Source of the DNA: Escherichia coli
GTDB taxonomy: Bacteria; Pseudomonadota; Gammaproteobacteria; Enterobacterales; Enterobacteriaceae
NCBI RefSeq assembly: GCF_030013595.1
Contig: NZ_CP122768.1
Direction: 5' to 3' (one strand)
Length of the DNA: 64,000 bases
The position numbers and the translations under genes are program-made. This document shows positions 27,536-40,965 of the stretch, in pieces (the stretch's first letter is position 1; each line of letters begins with the position of its first letter). Below the pieces are notes generated by a model, which was given only the letters and a program-made list of their open reading frames with translations, was not told where the DNA came from and did not search any database.

Positions 27536-27815
27536 TCATTTTTTCGGTTTAGTGTAGCTACGCATCAACTGCGTTCTGTCGATAAACTCATGGGTCTGCG
27601 GATCATGGTAGCGAGATGGCCAGATAATCCAGGGGTCAGTTCCCAGGGCTTTCGCAATAATCATCTCTCCTTTCGGCCAGGGGCGCGATAATGCGTTCGC
27701 CAGCGTTGAGGAACTCAAACCATTTCTGCGAGATTCCGCCGCCATTGACGTTCCCTTTTTTGCGCAAACCCGCAATGATGTCAGCGGGATGCCAGTCAAT
27801 GAAATTACTTTCCAT
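27536..27815 (-). pseudogene. sfsB: Ner-like DNA-binding regulator SfsB/Nlp, frameshifted by one extra base in an A6G3 homopolymer
   Basis: ATG at 27815 encodes MESNFIDWHPADIIAGLRKKG, then the frame runs to a stop at 27636-27638 (about 59 aa); the rest of the protein (…TSMAAESRRNGLSS…YTKPKK) is in the adjacent frame (track ORF 27536..27847). The interval is 280 nt, one more than the 279 expected for 92 codons plus stop. Confidence 0.6.
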
Positions 27816-28043
27816 CTTTCCTCACTCCTTAAGTTAGTCGCTTTCATTCAGAACATTTCTTCTGTCGGGCATCACTATACTCCTGATGGCGTATTGTTCT
27901 AAAAAGTTCCTGTAAAGAGTGTGAATATTCAGAATATATAAAGATACATACACTGGTTTTTCAGGCGTTATTGCGCTGAATAAGTGTTTTTATGGAATTT
28001 ACTGGAATCATCCCGCGCACTGCGCGGGATGAGGGGGAGGGGA

Positions 28044-29015
28044 TTAACGATCGCGTTGAACAGCGATGTGCGCGAGGCCGATGAGTGCTTCTCGCCACGG
28101 GGTGTCCGGGAGCACCTGTAACGCTGCGATGGCTTTGTCTGCTTCTTCCTCGGCACGCTGACGCGTCCATTCAAGAGATCCACAAGCGTTCATTGCTTCC
28201 AGAACCGGTTCCAGAAGATGGCGACCGTTACCCTGTTCGATGGCGGTACGAATCATCTGTGCCTGTTCTGGTGTGCCATGATGCATTGCATGCAGCAGCG
28301 GCAGCGTCGGTTTACCTTCGTTCAGATCGTCGCCGACGTTTTTACCTAACTGTTCGCCATCGGCATTGTAATCGAGTAAATCGTCGATCAACTGGAAAGC
28401 AGTGCCGAGATAGCGCCCATAATCCTGCAGGCCTTTCTCCTCCTCCGGCGTACAGCCAGCCAGAATACCGGAACACTGCGCGGCAGCCTCAAACAGACGC
28501 GCGGTTTTGCTATAGATAACGCGCATGTAGTTTTCTTCAGTGATGTCCGGATCGTTAACGTTCATCAGTTGCAGAACTTCACCTTCTGCGATGACGTTTA
28601 CGGCTTCTGACATGACTTCCAGCACTTTGAGCGAGCCGAGGCTGGTCATCATCTGGAACGCGCGGGTATAAATAAAATCGCCTACCAGCACGCTGGCGGC
28701 ATTGCCAAATGCGGCGTTGGCGGTAGCTTTACCCCTGCGCATATCTGATTCATCCACAACGTCGTCGTGCAGCAGAGTCGCCGTGTGGATAAACTCGATC
28801 AGGGCAGCAATGGTGACATGCGCATTTCCCTCATAGCCAACAGCTCGTGCAGCCAGTACAGCAATCATCGGACGAATACGTTTACCGCCGCCGCTGACGA
28901 TGTAATAGCCTAACTGATTGATCAGTTGGACGTCGGAATTAAGCTGCTCAAGGATTGCCGCATTAACACCCGCCATATCTTGCGCGGTTAACTCATTGAT
29001 TTTTTCTAAATTCAT
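28044..29015 (-). CDS. ispB: Octaprenyl diphosphate synthase
   Basis: 323-aa ORF with two trans-prenyltransferase Asp-rich motifs (DDVVD, DDLLD). Confidence 0.95.
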   Translation of the reverse strand: MNLEKINELTAQDMAGVNAAILEQLNSDVQLINQLGYYIVSGGGKRIRPMIAVLAARAVGYEGNAHVTIAALIEFIHTATLLHDDVVDESDMRRGKATANAAFGNAASVLVGDFIYTRAFQMMTSLGSLKVLEVMSEAVNVIAEGEVLQLMNVNDPDITEENYMRVIYSKTARLFEAAAQCSGILAGCTPEEEKGLQDYGRYLGTAFQLIDDLLDYNADGEQLGKNVGDDLNEGKPTLPLLHAMHHGTPEQAQMIRTAIEQGNGRHLLEPVLEAMNACGSLEWTRQRAEEEADKAIAALQVLPDTPWREALIGLAHIAVQRDR

Positions 29016-29171
29016 CGCAAAAGCCGGGCTTTTCGCCCCGATTACCTTACTGTGAACAAAGGCAACTTAGGGTTTATGGTTAGGAATATAGGGTGATTGT
29101 ACTGAAAAAATGGCACAGATAAACGTTACCGTACAAGTTGTGTTTTTTTCTTCGTGTATTGACTGTAGCAC

Positions 29172-29200
29172 TTGTCAAAGGCGTGCGTTTTGCGTAATAT
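29172..29200 (+). promoter_or_regulatory. Candidate sigma70 promoter for rplU-rpmA (-35 TTGTCA, 17-bp spacer, -10 TAATAT)
   Basis: Hexamers read directly with a 17-bp spacer, about 70 bp upstream of rplU. Confidence 0.45.
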
Positions 29201-29236
29201 TCGCGCCCTATTGTGAATATTTATAGCGCACTCTGA

Positions 29237-29862
<626 letters not shown>

Positions 29863-29887
29863 GTTTTTCGCGTCCCGGTAACGGATG

Positions 29888-29917
29888 AAAGCCCCGCAAC
29901 ACGTTGCGGGGCTTTTT
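29888..29917 (+). terminator. Intrinsic terminator after rpmA
   Basis: GC stem GCCCCGCAAC/GTTGCGGGGC followed by TTTTT. Confidence 0.8.
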
Positions 29918-29988
29918 ACATTCGATAACCGGTAAAAATGCGCATGGTGCGACGTTAATTCGCAAATGCGCTTTGCAGGGAATACGGT

Positions 29989-30954
29989 ATGAAGCAGCAG
30001 GCAGGCATTGGCATTCTTTTGGCGCTCACCACAGCAATTTGCTGGGGGGCGTTGCCAATCGCAATGAAGCAGGTGCTGGAGGTGATGGAACCTCCGACAA
30101 TCGTGTTTTACCGTTTCTTGATGGCGAGTATTGGCCTTGGTGCCATTCTTGCGGTGAAGAAGAGGTTGCCGCCATTACGCGTGTTTCGTAAGCCACGCTG
30201 GTTGATTTTGTTGGCAGTGGCGACCGCCGGGCTGTTTGGTAACTTCATCCTGTTCAGCTCATCCTTGCAATACCTGAGTCCGACCGCTTCGCAGGTGATT
30301 GGGCAACTCTCGCCAGTTGGCATGATGGTTGCCAGCGTATTTATCCTGAAAGAGAAAATGCGCAGCACTCAGGTTGTAGGGGCATTGATGCTCCTGAGCG
30401 GCCTGGTGATGTTTTTTAACACCAGTCTGGTCGAGATATTTACAAAGCTCACCGATTACACCTGGGGAGTTATCTTTGGGGTCGGTGCGGCGACGGTTTG
30501 GGTGAGTTATGGCGTGGCGCAAAAGGTTTTATTGCGTCGGCTGGCCTCACCGCAGATCCTGTTTTTACTGTACACTTTATGTACAATTGCGCTCTTCCCT
30601 CTGGCAAAGCCAGGAGTGATAGCGCAGCTTAGCCACTGGCAGCTCGCATGTTTAATTTTTTGCGGACTGAATACATTGGTAGGATATGGCGCCCTGGCGG
30701 AAGCGATGGCTCGCTGGCAGGCAGCGCAGGTGAGCGCGATCATCACGCTCACCCCACTGTTTACGCTGTTTTTTTCAGATCTTTTATCACTGGCCTGGCC
30801 CGATTTCTTCGCCAGACCGATGTTAAACCTTTTAGGTTATCTCGGTGCGTTTGTCGTGGTTGCGGGCGCGATGTATTCCGCCATTGGTCATCGTATTTGG
30901 GGCGGATTACGTAAGCATACAACGGTGGTATCGCAACCCCGCGCAGGCGAATGA
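29989..30954 (+). CDS. yhbE: EamA/DMT-family inner-membrane transporter YhbE
   Basis: 321-aa polytopic membrane ORF matching YhbE. Confidence 0.88.
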   Translation: MKQQAGIGILLALTTAICWGALPIAMKQVLEVMEPPTIVFYRFLMASIGLGAILAVKKRLPPLRVFRKPRWLILLAVATAGLFGNFILFSSSLQYLSPTASQVIGQLSPVGMMVASVFILKEKMRSTQVVGALMLLSGLVMFFNTSLVEIFTKLTDYTWGVIFGVGAATVWVSYGVAQKVLLRRLASPQILFLLYTLCTIALFPLAKPGVIAQLSHWQLACLIFCGLNTLVGYGALAEAMARWQAAQVSAIITLTPLFTLFFSDLLSLAWPDFFARPMLNLLGYLGAFVVVAGAMYSAIGHRIWGGLRKHTTVVSQPRAGE

Positions 30955-32142
<1,188 letters not shown>

Positions 32143-32182
32143 TCAGCAAAACCCCGGCCATGTGCCGGGGTTTCTCTTTAGA

Positions 32183-33616
32183 CTAATTATTCTGATAAAT
32201 ATCTTTATACAAACGGCTTTCAAAACGCACTAACGGAATACGGCGATTACGCTGATCCGCCGGTTCTACTGCATAGCCAGAAAGATATTGCACAAACGCC
32301 ATTCGTTGCCCGCTCGCTGTGGTAATGAATCCCGCCAGGTTATATACCCCCTGCAACGAACCGGTTTTCGCTGATACTTTTCCATCCACGCCCGCCTGAT
32401 GCAGACCTGCACGGTACTGCAAAGAGCCGTCATAGCCCGCCAGCGGCAGCATAGAGATAAAGTTAAGTTCATTGTCGTGTTGGGCTATGTATTGCAGCAC
32501 CTGCATCATGGTGGCGGGGGCAATCAGGTTATGCCGCGAAAGCCCTGAACCATCGGCAATAATGGTGTTACCAATATCGACAACGGCTTGCTGGCGCAGG
32601 ATCTGACGCACGGCGTCCGACCCGGCCCGCCATGTTCCAGGCACATTGAAGCGCGCATGGCCGATCATGCGGAAAACCGTATCGGCAATCATGTTGTCCG
32701 ACTTTTTCAGCATAATCTTAAGCAGATCGTGCAGCGGGGCCGACTGTTTACTGGCAACTACCGTTCCAGGTTCGTTAACCTGAGTCTGGCGCAGCAGTGT
32801 TCCACTCCAGGTGATACCCGCCTGTTTTAACTCATCTTTCAGAATTGCCCCGGCATAGCTGGCTCCATCCTGCACGGCAAAAGCCAACGGGAGCGGCTCA
32901 GAACGTTGCGGCAGGCATCCCGTCAGCGTAAAGCGGTTCAGGTCGCCTGGTACGACATCCAGTTCGCAGTATTGCGCTTCGGCAGAACCACGGGGGAGGG
33001 TGCGTACCTGGCTGAACATCGTAACGGGGTAATAAGATGCCACGCGTATAAAAGCCATATCACCAGGTTTTGGGGCACTGTAGAGCGAGACGGAGAAACA
33101 GTTGCGGTCAACTATGGCGGCGGCAGGCGGAGCGCTAAAGCATTGTGTCATGTCATTCCATGGCCAGCCGGGGGCTTTATCGTGGCTGGCGAAAATGGAG
33201 GTATCTATCAACACATTGCCATCGATTTGGTTGACGCCAGATTTTTTCAAAGTCGCGACCATATTGCGAATATCCTGACGTTTTAACGTCGGATCGGCAC
33301 CAAATCGCGCCACTAAGTCACCCTTAAGTACGCCGTTTTCCACATTACCTTTGGTTTCAAGCGTCGTGGTAAAACGAAAATCGGGGCCGAGTTGAATCAA
33401 CGCCGCTAGCGCTGTAATCACTTTCTGCGTACTGGCGGGCAGCGCCATCTGCTGACTGTGGTAATCAATAGCGGGGGCCGACGCGCCGACTTTTTGCACC
33501 ATCAGGGCAAGGTTGGCACCAGCGGGGAGTTGAGTAATATACTCATCAACATTTGCGGCCTGAACACTGAACGCTATACAGCTGGTCAATCCGATGATAA
33601 ATCTGGAAAATCGCAT
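32183..33616 (-). CDS. dacB: D-alanyl-D-alanine carboxypeptidase/endopeptidase PBP4
   Basis: 477-aa ORF with signal peptide and STQK active-site motif. Confidence 0.95.
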   Translation of the reverse strand: MRFSRFIIGLTSCIAFSVQAANVDEYITQLPAGANLALMVQKVGASAPAIDYHSQQMALPASTQKVITALAALIQLGPDFRFTTTLETKGNVENGVLKGDLVARFGADPTLKRQDIRNMVATLKKSGVNQIDGNVLIDTSIFASHDKAPGWPWNDMTQCFSAPPAAAIVDRNCFSVSLYSAPKPGDMAFIRVASYYPVTMFSQVRTLPRGSAEAQYCELDVVPGDLNRFTLTGCLPQRSEPLPLAFAVQDGASYAGAILKDELKQAGITWSGTLLRQTQVNEPGTVVASKQSAPLHDLLKIMLKKSDNMIADTVFRMIGHARFNVPGTWRAGSDAVRQILRQQAVVDIGNTIIADGSGLSRHNLIAPATMMQVLQYIAQHDNELNFISMLPLAGYDGSLQYRAGLHQAGVDGKVSAKTGSLQGVYNLAGFITTASGQRMAFVQYLSGYAVEPADQRNRRIPLVRFESRLYKDIYQNN

Positions 33617-33735
33617 AATCTCGCGCTAACAACCTGGAATCGAGCCGTCATACTACGGCGCAACGCCCTATAAAGTAAACGATGACCCTTCGGGAACTTC
33701 AGGGTAAAATGACTATCAAAATGTGAATTGTAGCT

Positions 33736-33769
33736 GACCTGGGACCTGTACCCGGGTCGGTATTTTTTT
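33736..33769 (+). terminator. Intrinsic terminator in the greA leader (GraL-type attenuator)
   Basis: 8-bp stem GACCTGGG/CCCGGGTC (one U-G pair) followed by T7, about 95 bp upstream of greA; the greA leader is known to produce terminated GraL RNAs. Confidence 0.55.
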
Positions 33770-33863
33770 GCTTCTGGTCCCGGTGAGGAGTTATGCCGGG
33801 CAGGCCGAACAGCCGGGGTGGGTGAAGACTTGCCCCATCAGGAATATTCAAGAGGTATAACAA

Positions 33864-34340
<477 letters not shown>

Positions 34341-34495
34341 GAATTACCCAATACTCAAGATGTTGATGTATTGTAAAGAAAGGAAAAAGGCCGCTATGCG
34401 GCCTTTTATCAACGAACAGAGCGTGGCATTTTGCTCTCCTGCCTGCGGAAAACCCCTCGTTTTACACAGCAAATGTGTGTAACTTTAGGATAATC

Positions 34496-34789
34496 TTAGC
34501 GTGGCAGCGAGATTTTACGTTCTTTAGTTGGGCGATAAAGCACCAGCGTTTTACCGATGACCTGTACATTACAGGCGCCGGTTTCGCGCACGATAGCTTC
34601 CACGATCAAGGTTTTAGTTTCGCGATCTTCGGTGGCGATTTTCACCTTGATGAGTTCATGGTGCTCTAACGCTTGTTCAATCTCGGCCAGCACCCCTTCG
34701 GTCAAACCATTACTGCCAAGCAGAACAACTGGCTTGAGCGGATGTGCCAGACCTTTCAGGTGCTGTTTTTGTTTAGTACTCAGATTCAT
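34496..34789 (-). CDS. yhbY: RNA-binding protein YhbY (CRS1 domain)
   Basis: 97-aa ORF matching YhbY. Confidence 0.93.
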   Translation of the reverse strand: MNLSTKQKQHLKGLAHPLKPVVLLGSNGLTEGVLAEIEQALEHHELIKVKIATEDRETKTLIVEAIVRETGACNVQVIGKTLVLYRPTKERKISLPR

Positions 34790-34914
34790 CGTATTTTTTG
34801 CTTACGTTGGGATTGAAAACGGGTCATTCTACCGCCATCTCCCATATATCACCAAATAGGCGCGTAAAAATTTACGCAATTGGTTACGATGAGTTATCCC
34901 CATGGGAAAGTTAA

Positions 34915-35544
34915 ATGACAGGTAAGAAGCGTTCTGCCAGCTCCAGCCGCTGGCTTCAGGAACACTTTAGCGATAAATATGTTCAACAGGCACAGAAAAA
35001 GGGGTTACGTTCCCGTGCCTGGTTTAAACTTGATGAAATACAGCAAAGTGACAAACTCTTTAAACCGGGAATGACGGTTGTCGACCTTGGTGCTGCTCCG
35101 GGTGGTTGGTCACAATATGTGGTCACCCAAATTGGCGGCAAAGGCCGCATCATCGCTTGCGATCTTTTACCTATGGATCCTATCGTTGGTGTGGACTTTC
35201 TTCAGGGCGATTTTCGTGATGAACTGGTGATGAAAGCACTGCTGGAGCGCGTTGGCGACAGCAAAGTCCAGGTTGTCATGTCCGATATGGCACCAAACAT
35301 GAGTGGAACACCGGCGGTGGATATCCCCCGTGCCATGTATCTGGTGGAACTGGCGCTAGAAATGTGTCGTGATGTATTAGCGCCAGGTGGCAGTTTTGTA
35401 GTGAAGGTGTTCCAGGGCGAAGGTTTCGATGAGTATCTAAGGGAAATTCGCTCCCTGTTTACGAAGGTCAAAGTTCGTAAGCCGGACTCTTCTCGTGCAC
35501 GTTCGCGGGAAGTGTATATTGTAGCGACCGGGCGTAAACCCTAA
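34915..35544 (+). CDS. rlmE: 23S rRNA U2552 2'-O-methyltransferase
   Basis: 209-aa ORF with SAM-binding motif [11 protein letters not shown]. Confidence 0.97.
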
Positions 35545-35643
35545 CCGGGAGATTTCAGACGAAAGTTTGAAAGATGCTGGATATAGAGTATCCTGACGCT
35601 GTTTTTAACACAGTTGTAATAAGAGGTTAATCCCTTGAGTGAC

Positions 35644-37578
35644 ATGGCGAAAAACCTAATACTCTGGCTGGTCATTGCCGTTGTGCTGATGTCAGTATTC
35701 CAGAGCTTTGGGCCCAGCGAGTCTAATGGCCGTAAGGTGGATTACTCTACCTTCCTACAAGAGGTCAATAACGACCAGGTTCGTGAAGCGCGTATCAACG
35801 GACGTGAAATCAACGTTACCAAGAAAGATAGTAACCGTTATACCACTTACATTCCGGTTCAGGATCCGAAATTACTGGATAACCTGTTGACCAAGAACGT
35901 CAAGGTTGTCGGTGAACCGCCTGAAGAACCAAGCCTGCTGGCTTCTATCTTCATCTCCTGGTTCCCGATGCTGTTGCTGATTGGTGTCTGGATCTTCTTC
36001 ATGCGTCAAATGCAGGGCGGCGGTGGCAAAGGTGCCATGTCGTTTGGTAAGAGCAAAGCGCGCATGCTGACGGAAGATCAGATCAAAACGACCTTTGCTG
36101 ACGTTGCGGGCTGCGACGAAGCAAAAGAAGAAGTTGCTGAACTGGTTGAGTATCTGCGCGAGCCGAGCCGCTTCCAGAAACTCGGCGGTAAGATCCCGAA
36201 AGGCGTCCTGATGGTCGGTCCTCCGGGTACCGGTAAAACGCTGCTGGCGAAAGCGATTGCAGGCGAAGCAAAAGTTCCGTTCTTTACTATCTCCGGTTCT
36301 GACTTCGTCGAAATGTTCGTCGGTGTGGGTGCATCCCGTGTTCGTGATATGTTCGAACAGGCGAAGAAAGCGGCACCGTGTATCATCTTTATCGATGAAA
36401 TCGACGCCGTAGGCCGCCAGCGTGGCGCAGGCCTGGGCGGTGGTCACGATGAACGTGAACAGACTCTGAACCAGATGCTGGTTGAGATGGATGGCTTCGA
36501 AGGTAACGAAGGTATCATCGTTATCGCCGCGACTAACCGTCCGGACGTTCTTGACCCGGCGCTGCTGCGTCCTGGCCGTTTCGACCGTCAGGTTGTGGTT
36601 GGCTTGCCAGATGTTCGCGGTCGTGAGCAGATCCTGAAAGTTCACATGCGTCGCGTACCATTGGCACCCGATATCGACGCGGCAATCATTGCCCGTGGTA
36701 CTCCTGGTTTCTCCGGTGCTGACCTGGCGAACCTGGTGAACGAAGCGGCACTGTTCGCTGCTCGTGGCAACAAACGCGTTGTGTCGATGGTTGAGTTCGA
36801 GAAAGCGAAAGACAAAATCATGATGGGTGCGGAACGTCGCTCCATGGTGATGACGGAAGCGCAGAAAGAATCGACGGCTTACCACGAAGCGGGTCACGCG
36901 ATTATCGGTCGCCTGGTGCCGGAACACGATCCGGTGCACAAAGTGACGATTATCCCACGCGGTCGTGCGCTGGGTGTAACTTTCTTCTTGCCTGAGGGCG
37001 ACGCAATCAGCGCCAGCCGTCAGAAACTGGAAAGCCAGATTTCTACGCTGTACGGTGGTCGTCTGGCAGAAGAGATCATCTACGGGCCGGAACATGTTTC
37101 TACCGGTGCGTCCAACGATATTAAAGTTGCGACCAACCTGGCACGTAACATGGTGACTCAGTGGGGCTTCTCTGAGAAATTGGGTCCACTGCTGTACGCG
37201 GAAGAAGAAGGTGAAGTGTTCCTCGGCCGTAGCGTAGCGAAAGCGAAACATATGTCTGATGAAACTGCACGTATCATCGACCAGGAAGTGAAAGCACTGA
37301 TTGAGCGTAACTATAATCGTGCGCGTCAGCTTCTGACCGACAATATGGATATTCTGCATGCGATGAAAGATGCTCTCATGAAATATGAGACTATCGACGC
37401 ACCGCAGATTGATGACCTGATGGCACGTCGCGATGTACGTCCGCCAGCGGGCTGGGAAGAACCAGGCGCTTCTAACAATTCTGGCGACAATGGTAGTCCA
37501 AAGGCTCCACGTCCGGTTGATGAACCGCGTACGCCGAACCCGGGTAACACCATGTCAGAGCAGTTAGGCGACAAGTAA
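35644..37578 (+). CDS. ftsH: ATP-dependent zinc metalloprotease FtsH
   Basis: AAA+ Walker A GPPGTGKT and zinc motif HEAGHA; ATG at 35644 gives the 644-aa form (MAKNLILWL); the track starts at an upstream in-frame TTG (35635). Confidence 0.95.
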
Positions 37579-37667
37579 GTTACCGCATCAGATGACTGTA
37601 TTTGTACCGAAAACCCCGGGGCGTGCTCCGGGGTTTTTTCTTATCAATTCATACCAGGGATAACACC

Positions 37668-38516
37668 ATGAAACTCTTTGCCCAGGGCACTTCACTGGAC
37701 CTTAGCCATCCTCACGTAATGGGGATCCTCAACGTCACGCCTGATTCCTTTTCGGATGGTGGCACGCATAACTCGCTGATAGATGCGGTGAAACATGCGA
37801 ATCTGATGATCAACGCTGGCGCGACGATCATTGACGTTGGTGGCGAGTCCACGCGCCCAGGAGCGGCGGAAGTTAGCGTTGAAGAAGAGTTGCAACGTGT
37901 TATTCCTGTGATTGAGGCAATTGCTCAACGCTTCGAAGTCTGGATCTCGGTCGATACATCCAAACCAGAAGTCATCCGTGAGTCAGCGAAAGTTGGCGCT
38001 CACATTATTAACGATATCCGCTCCCTTTCCGAACCAGGGGCTCTGGAGGCAGCTGCAGAAACCGGTTTACCGGTTTGTCTGATGCATATGCAGGGAAATC
38101 CAAAGACCATGCAGGAAGCCCCGAAGTATGACGATGTCTTTGCGGAAGTGAATCGCTATTTTATTGAGCAAATAGCACGTTGCGAGCAGGCGGGTATCGC
38201 AAAAGAGAAATTGTTGCTCGACCCCGGATTCGGTTTCGGTAAAAATCTCTCCCATAACTATTCATTACTGGCGCGCCTGGCTGAATTTCACCATTTCAAC
38301 CTGCCGCTGTTGGTGGGTATGTCACGAAAATCGATGATTGGGCAGCTGCTGAACGTGGGGCCGTCCGAGCGTCTGAGCGGTAGTCTGGCTTGTGCGGTCA
38401 TTGCCGCTATGCAAGGCGCGCATATCATTCGTGTTCATGACGTCAAAGAAACCGTAGAAGCGATGCGGGTGGTGGAAGCCACTCTGTCTGCAAAGGAAAA
38501 CAAACGCTATGAGTAA
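37668..38516 (+). CDS. folP: Dihydropteroate synthase
   Basis: Track ORF 304 aa; canonical 282-aa protein starts [32 protein letters not shown]. Confidence 0.93.
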
Positions 38517-39846
38517 TCGTAAATATTTCGGTACCGATGGGATTCGTGGTCGTGTAGGGGATGCGCCGATCACCCCTGATTTTGTGCTTAAGCTGGGTTG
38601 GGCCGCGGGTAAAGTGCTGGCGCGCCACGGCTCCCGTAAGATCATCATTGGTAAAGACACGCGTATTTCTGGCTATATGCTGGAGTCAGCACTGGAAGCT
38701 GGTCTAGCGGCTGCGGGCCTTTCCGCACTCTTCACTGGTCCGATGCCAACACCGGCCGTGGCTTATCTGACGCGTACCTTCCGCGCAGAGGCCGGCATTG
38801 TGATTTCTGCATCGCATAACCCGTTCTATGATAACGGCATTAAATTCTTCTCTATCGACGGCACCAAACTGCCGGATGCAGTTGAAGAAGCCATCGAAGC
38901 GGAAATGGAAAAAGAGATCAGCTGCGTTGATTCGGCAGAACTGGGTAAAGCCAGCCGTATCGTTGATGCTGCGGGTCGCTATATCGAGTTTTGCAAAGCC
39001 ACGTTCCCAAACGAACTTAGCCTTAGTGAACTGAAGATTGTGGTGGATTGTGCAAACGGTGCGACTTATCACATCGCGCCGAACGTGCTGCGTGAACTGG
39101 GAGCGAACGTTATCGCTATCGGTTGTGAGCCGAACGGTGTAAACATCAATGCCGAAGTGGGGGCTACCGACGTTCGCGCTCTCCAGGCTCGTGTGCTGGC
39201 TGAAAAAGCGGATCTCGGTATTGCCTTCGACGGCGACGGCGATCGCGTGATTATGGTTGACCATGAAGGCAATAAAGTCGATGGCGATCAGATCATGTAT
39301 ATCATCGCGCGTGAAGGTCTTCGTCAGGGCCAGCTGCGTGGTGGCGCTGTGGGAACATTGATGAGCAACATGGGGCTTGAGCTGGCGCTGAAACAGTTAG
39401 GAATTCCATTTGCGCGCGCGAAAGTGGGTGACCGCTACGTACTGGAAAAAATGCAGGAGAAAGGCTGGCGTATCGGTGCAGAGAATTCCGGTCATGTGAT
39501 CCTGCTGGATAAAACCACTACCGGTGACGGCATCGTTGCTGGCTTGCAGGTGCTGGCGGCGATGGCACGTAACCATATGAGCCTGCACGACCTTTGCAGC
39601 GGCATGAAAATGTTCCCGCAGATTCTGGTTAACGTGCGTTACACCGCAGGTAGCGGCGATCCGCTTGAGCATGAGTCAGTTAAAGCCGTGACCGCAGAGG
39701 TTGAAGCTGCGCTGGGCAACCGTGGACGCGTTTTGCTGCGTAAATCTGGCACCGAGCCGTTAATTCGCGTGATGGTAGAAGGTGAAGACGAAGCGCAGGT
39801 AACTGAATTTGCACACCGTATCGCCGATGCAGTAAAAGCCGTTTAA
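38509..39846 (+). CDS. glmM: Phosphoglucosamine mutase
   Basis: 445-aa ORF with active-site Ser motif SASHNP; 8-nt overlap with folP. Confidence 0.97.
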
Positions 39847-39865
39847 AGCGTTAGATAACTGGCTA

Positions 39866-39892
39866 AAAAGGCGGCGATTGTCGCCTTTTTTC
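39866..39892 (+). terminator. Intrinsic terminator after glmM
   Basis: AAAAAGGCGGCGATTGTCGCCTTTTTT hairpin plus T-run. Confidence 0.7.
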
Positions 39893-40073
39893 TCGGCGAA
39901 CACATCGGTTTTGCTGTTTTTTTCCGCAGTTGATACAATGCGATAAAATTGCCCTTGCGAAGGTCATTCGCTTTGGTTAGTATTCACACCCGCTTCAGTG
40001 GGAAAGATTAAAAACTCCCGCTTTATTGGTTGAAGCATTGGTACGCGGCAACTCCGCAAGGAACAGGTTGATT

Positions 40074-40406
40074 ATGTACGAAGCTCTTTTAGTAGTTTTC
40101 CTTATTGTGGCAATTGGCCTTGTTGGTCTGATCATGCTGCAGCAAGGTAAAGGCGCTGATATGGGAGCCTCCTTCGGAGCAGGCGCTTCCGCTACGCTGT
40201 TTGGTTCAAGTGGTTCTGGTAACTTCATGACCCGCATGACGGCGCTGCTGGCAACGTTATTCTTCATCATCAGTCTGGTGCTGGGTAACATCAATAGCAA
40301 TAAAACCAATAAAGGTAGCGAATGGGAAAACCTGAGTGCGCCGGCGAAAACCGAACAAACTCAGCCAGCTGCTCCGGCTAAGCCGACCAGCGATATCCCG
40401 AACTAA
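40074..40406 (+). CDS. secG: Protein translocase subunit SecG
   Basis: Track ORF 126 aa; canonical 110-aa protein starts MYEALLVVFLIVAIGLVGLIMLQQGKG. Confidence 0.93.
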   Translation: MYEALLVVFLIVAIGLVGLIMLQQGKGADMGASFGAGASATLFGSSGSGNFMTRMTALLATLFFIISLVLGNINSNKTNKGSEWENLSAPAKTEQTQPAAPAKPTSDIPN

Positions 40407-40420
40407 AAAGTAGTATCCGT

Positions 40421-40507
40421 GCCGAGGTGGTGGAATTGGTAGACACGCTACCTTGAGGTGGTAGTGCCCAATAGGGCTTACGGGTTCAAGTCCCGTCCTC
40501 GGTACCA
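40421..40507 (+). tRNA. leuU: tRNA-Leu (anticodon GAG)
   Basis: 87-nt sequence GCCGAGGTGGTGGAATTGGTAGACACGCTACCTTGAGGTGGTAG…GTCCTCGGTACCA with class-II long variable arm and encoded CCA. Confidence 0.95.
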
Positions 40508-40513
40508 AATTCC

Positions 40514-40546
40514 AGAAAAGAGACGCTGAAAAGCGTCTTTTTTCGT
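40514..40546 (+). terminator. Intrinsic terminator after leuU
   Basis: AGACGCT-GAAA-AGCGTCT stem-loop followed by TTTTTT. Confidence 0.8.
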
Positions 40547-40965
40547 TTTGGTCCTGGTCTGAGGAATGGTTGTCAGGTATCTGTATCTCGTCCAGTTGCT
40601 TTACTCGTAGCTGGTACTTTGAAACGATGGTGCCGGTACGCCTTAGTTATAAACTTTTCCCTTCTGCTGACATAATTGGCACTTTATTGTGTCAACTCCA
40701 GTTCCGGTACGAATACGGATATGTTTACTTCTCGATAAACCATCCTGCTCCTGTCAGTATAACTACTGATGGCTACGTTCTGCGTAATGTTTAGAGACGC
40801 ATTGATAATGTTATTTAATTACTGAGAACGCAATGGCCGCATCATTTAAAAAGAAAAAACTAACAGTGTTTCGTTCTGATATGGATCAGAGTTGAAAAAC
40901 ATGTCTGATATAAAATTGAACATTGTTGATAATTGTTTATATTGGTTGTGAACTTGGATTTCTGG

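Noticed and set aside
27848-28043. Palindrome ATCCCGCGCACTGCGCGGGAT (about 28008-28028) between sfsB and ispB, considered as an ispB terminator
   Set aside because: A good GC hairpin but not followed by a T-run on either strand; could be a REP-like unit or Rho-dependent context, so it is not called as a feature.
40570-40794. 74-aa ORF in the leuU-yhbX gap
   Set aside because: AT-rich, Cys/Ser/Tyr-rich translation with no ribosome-binding site and no homology; more likely non-coding promoter DNA for yhbX.
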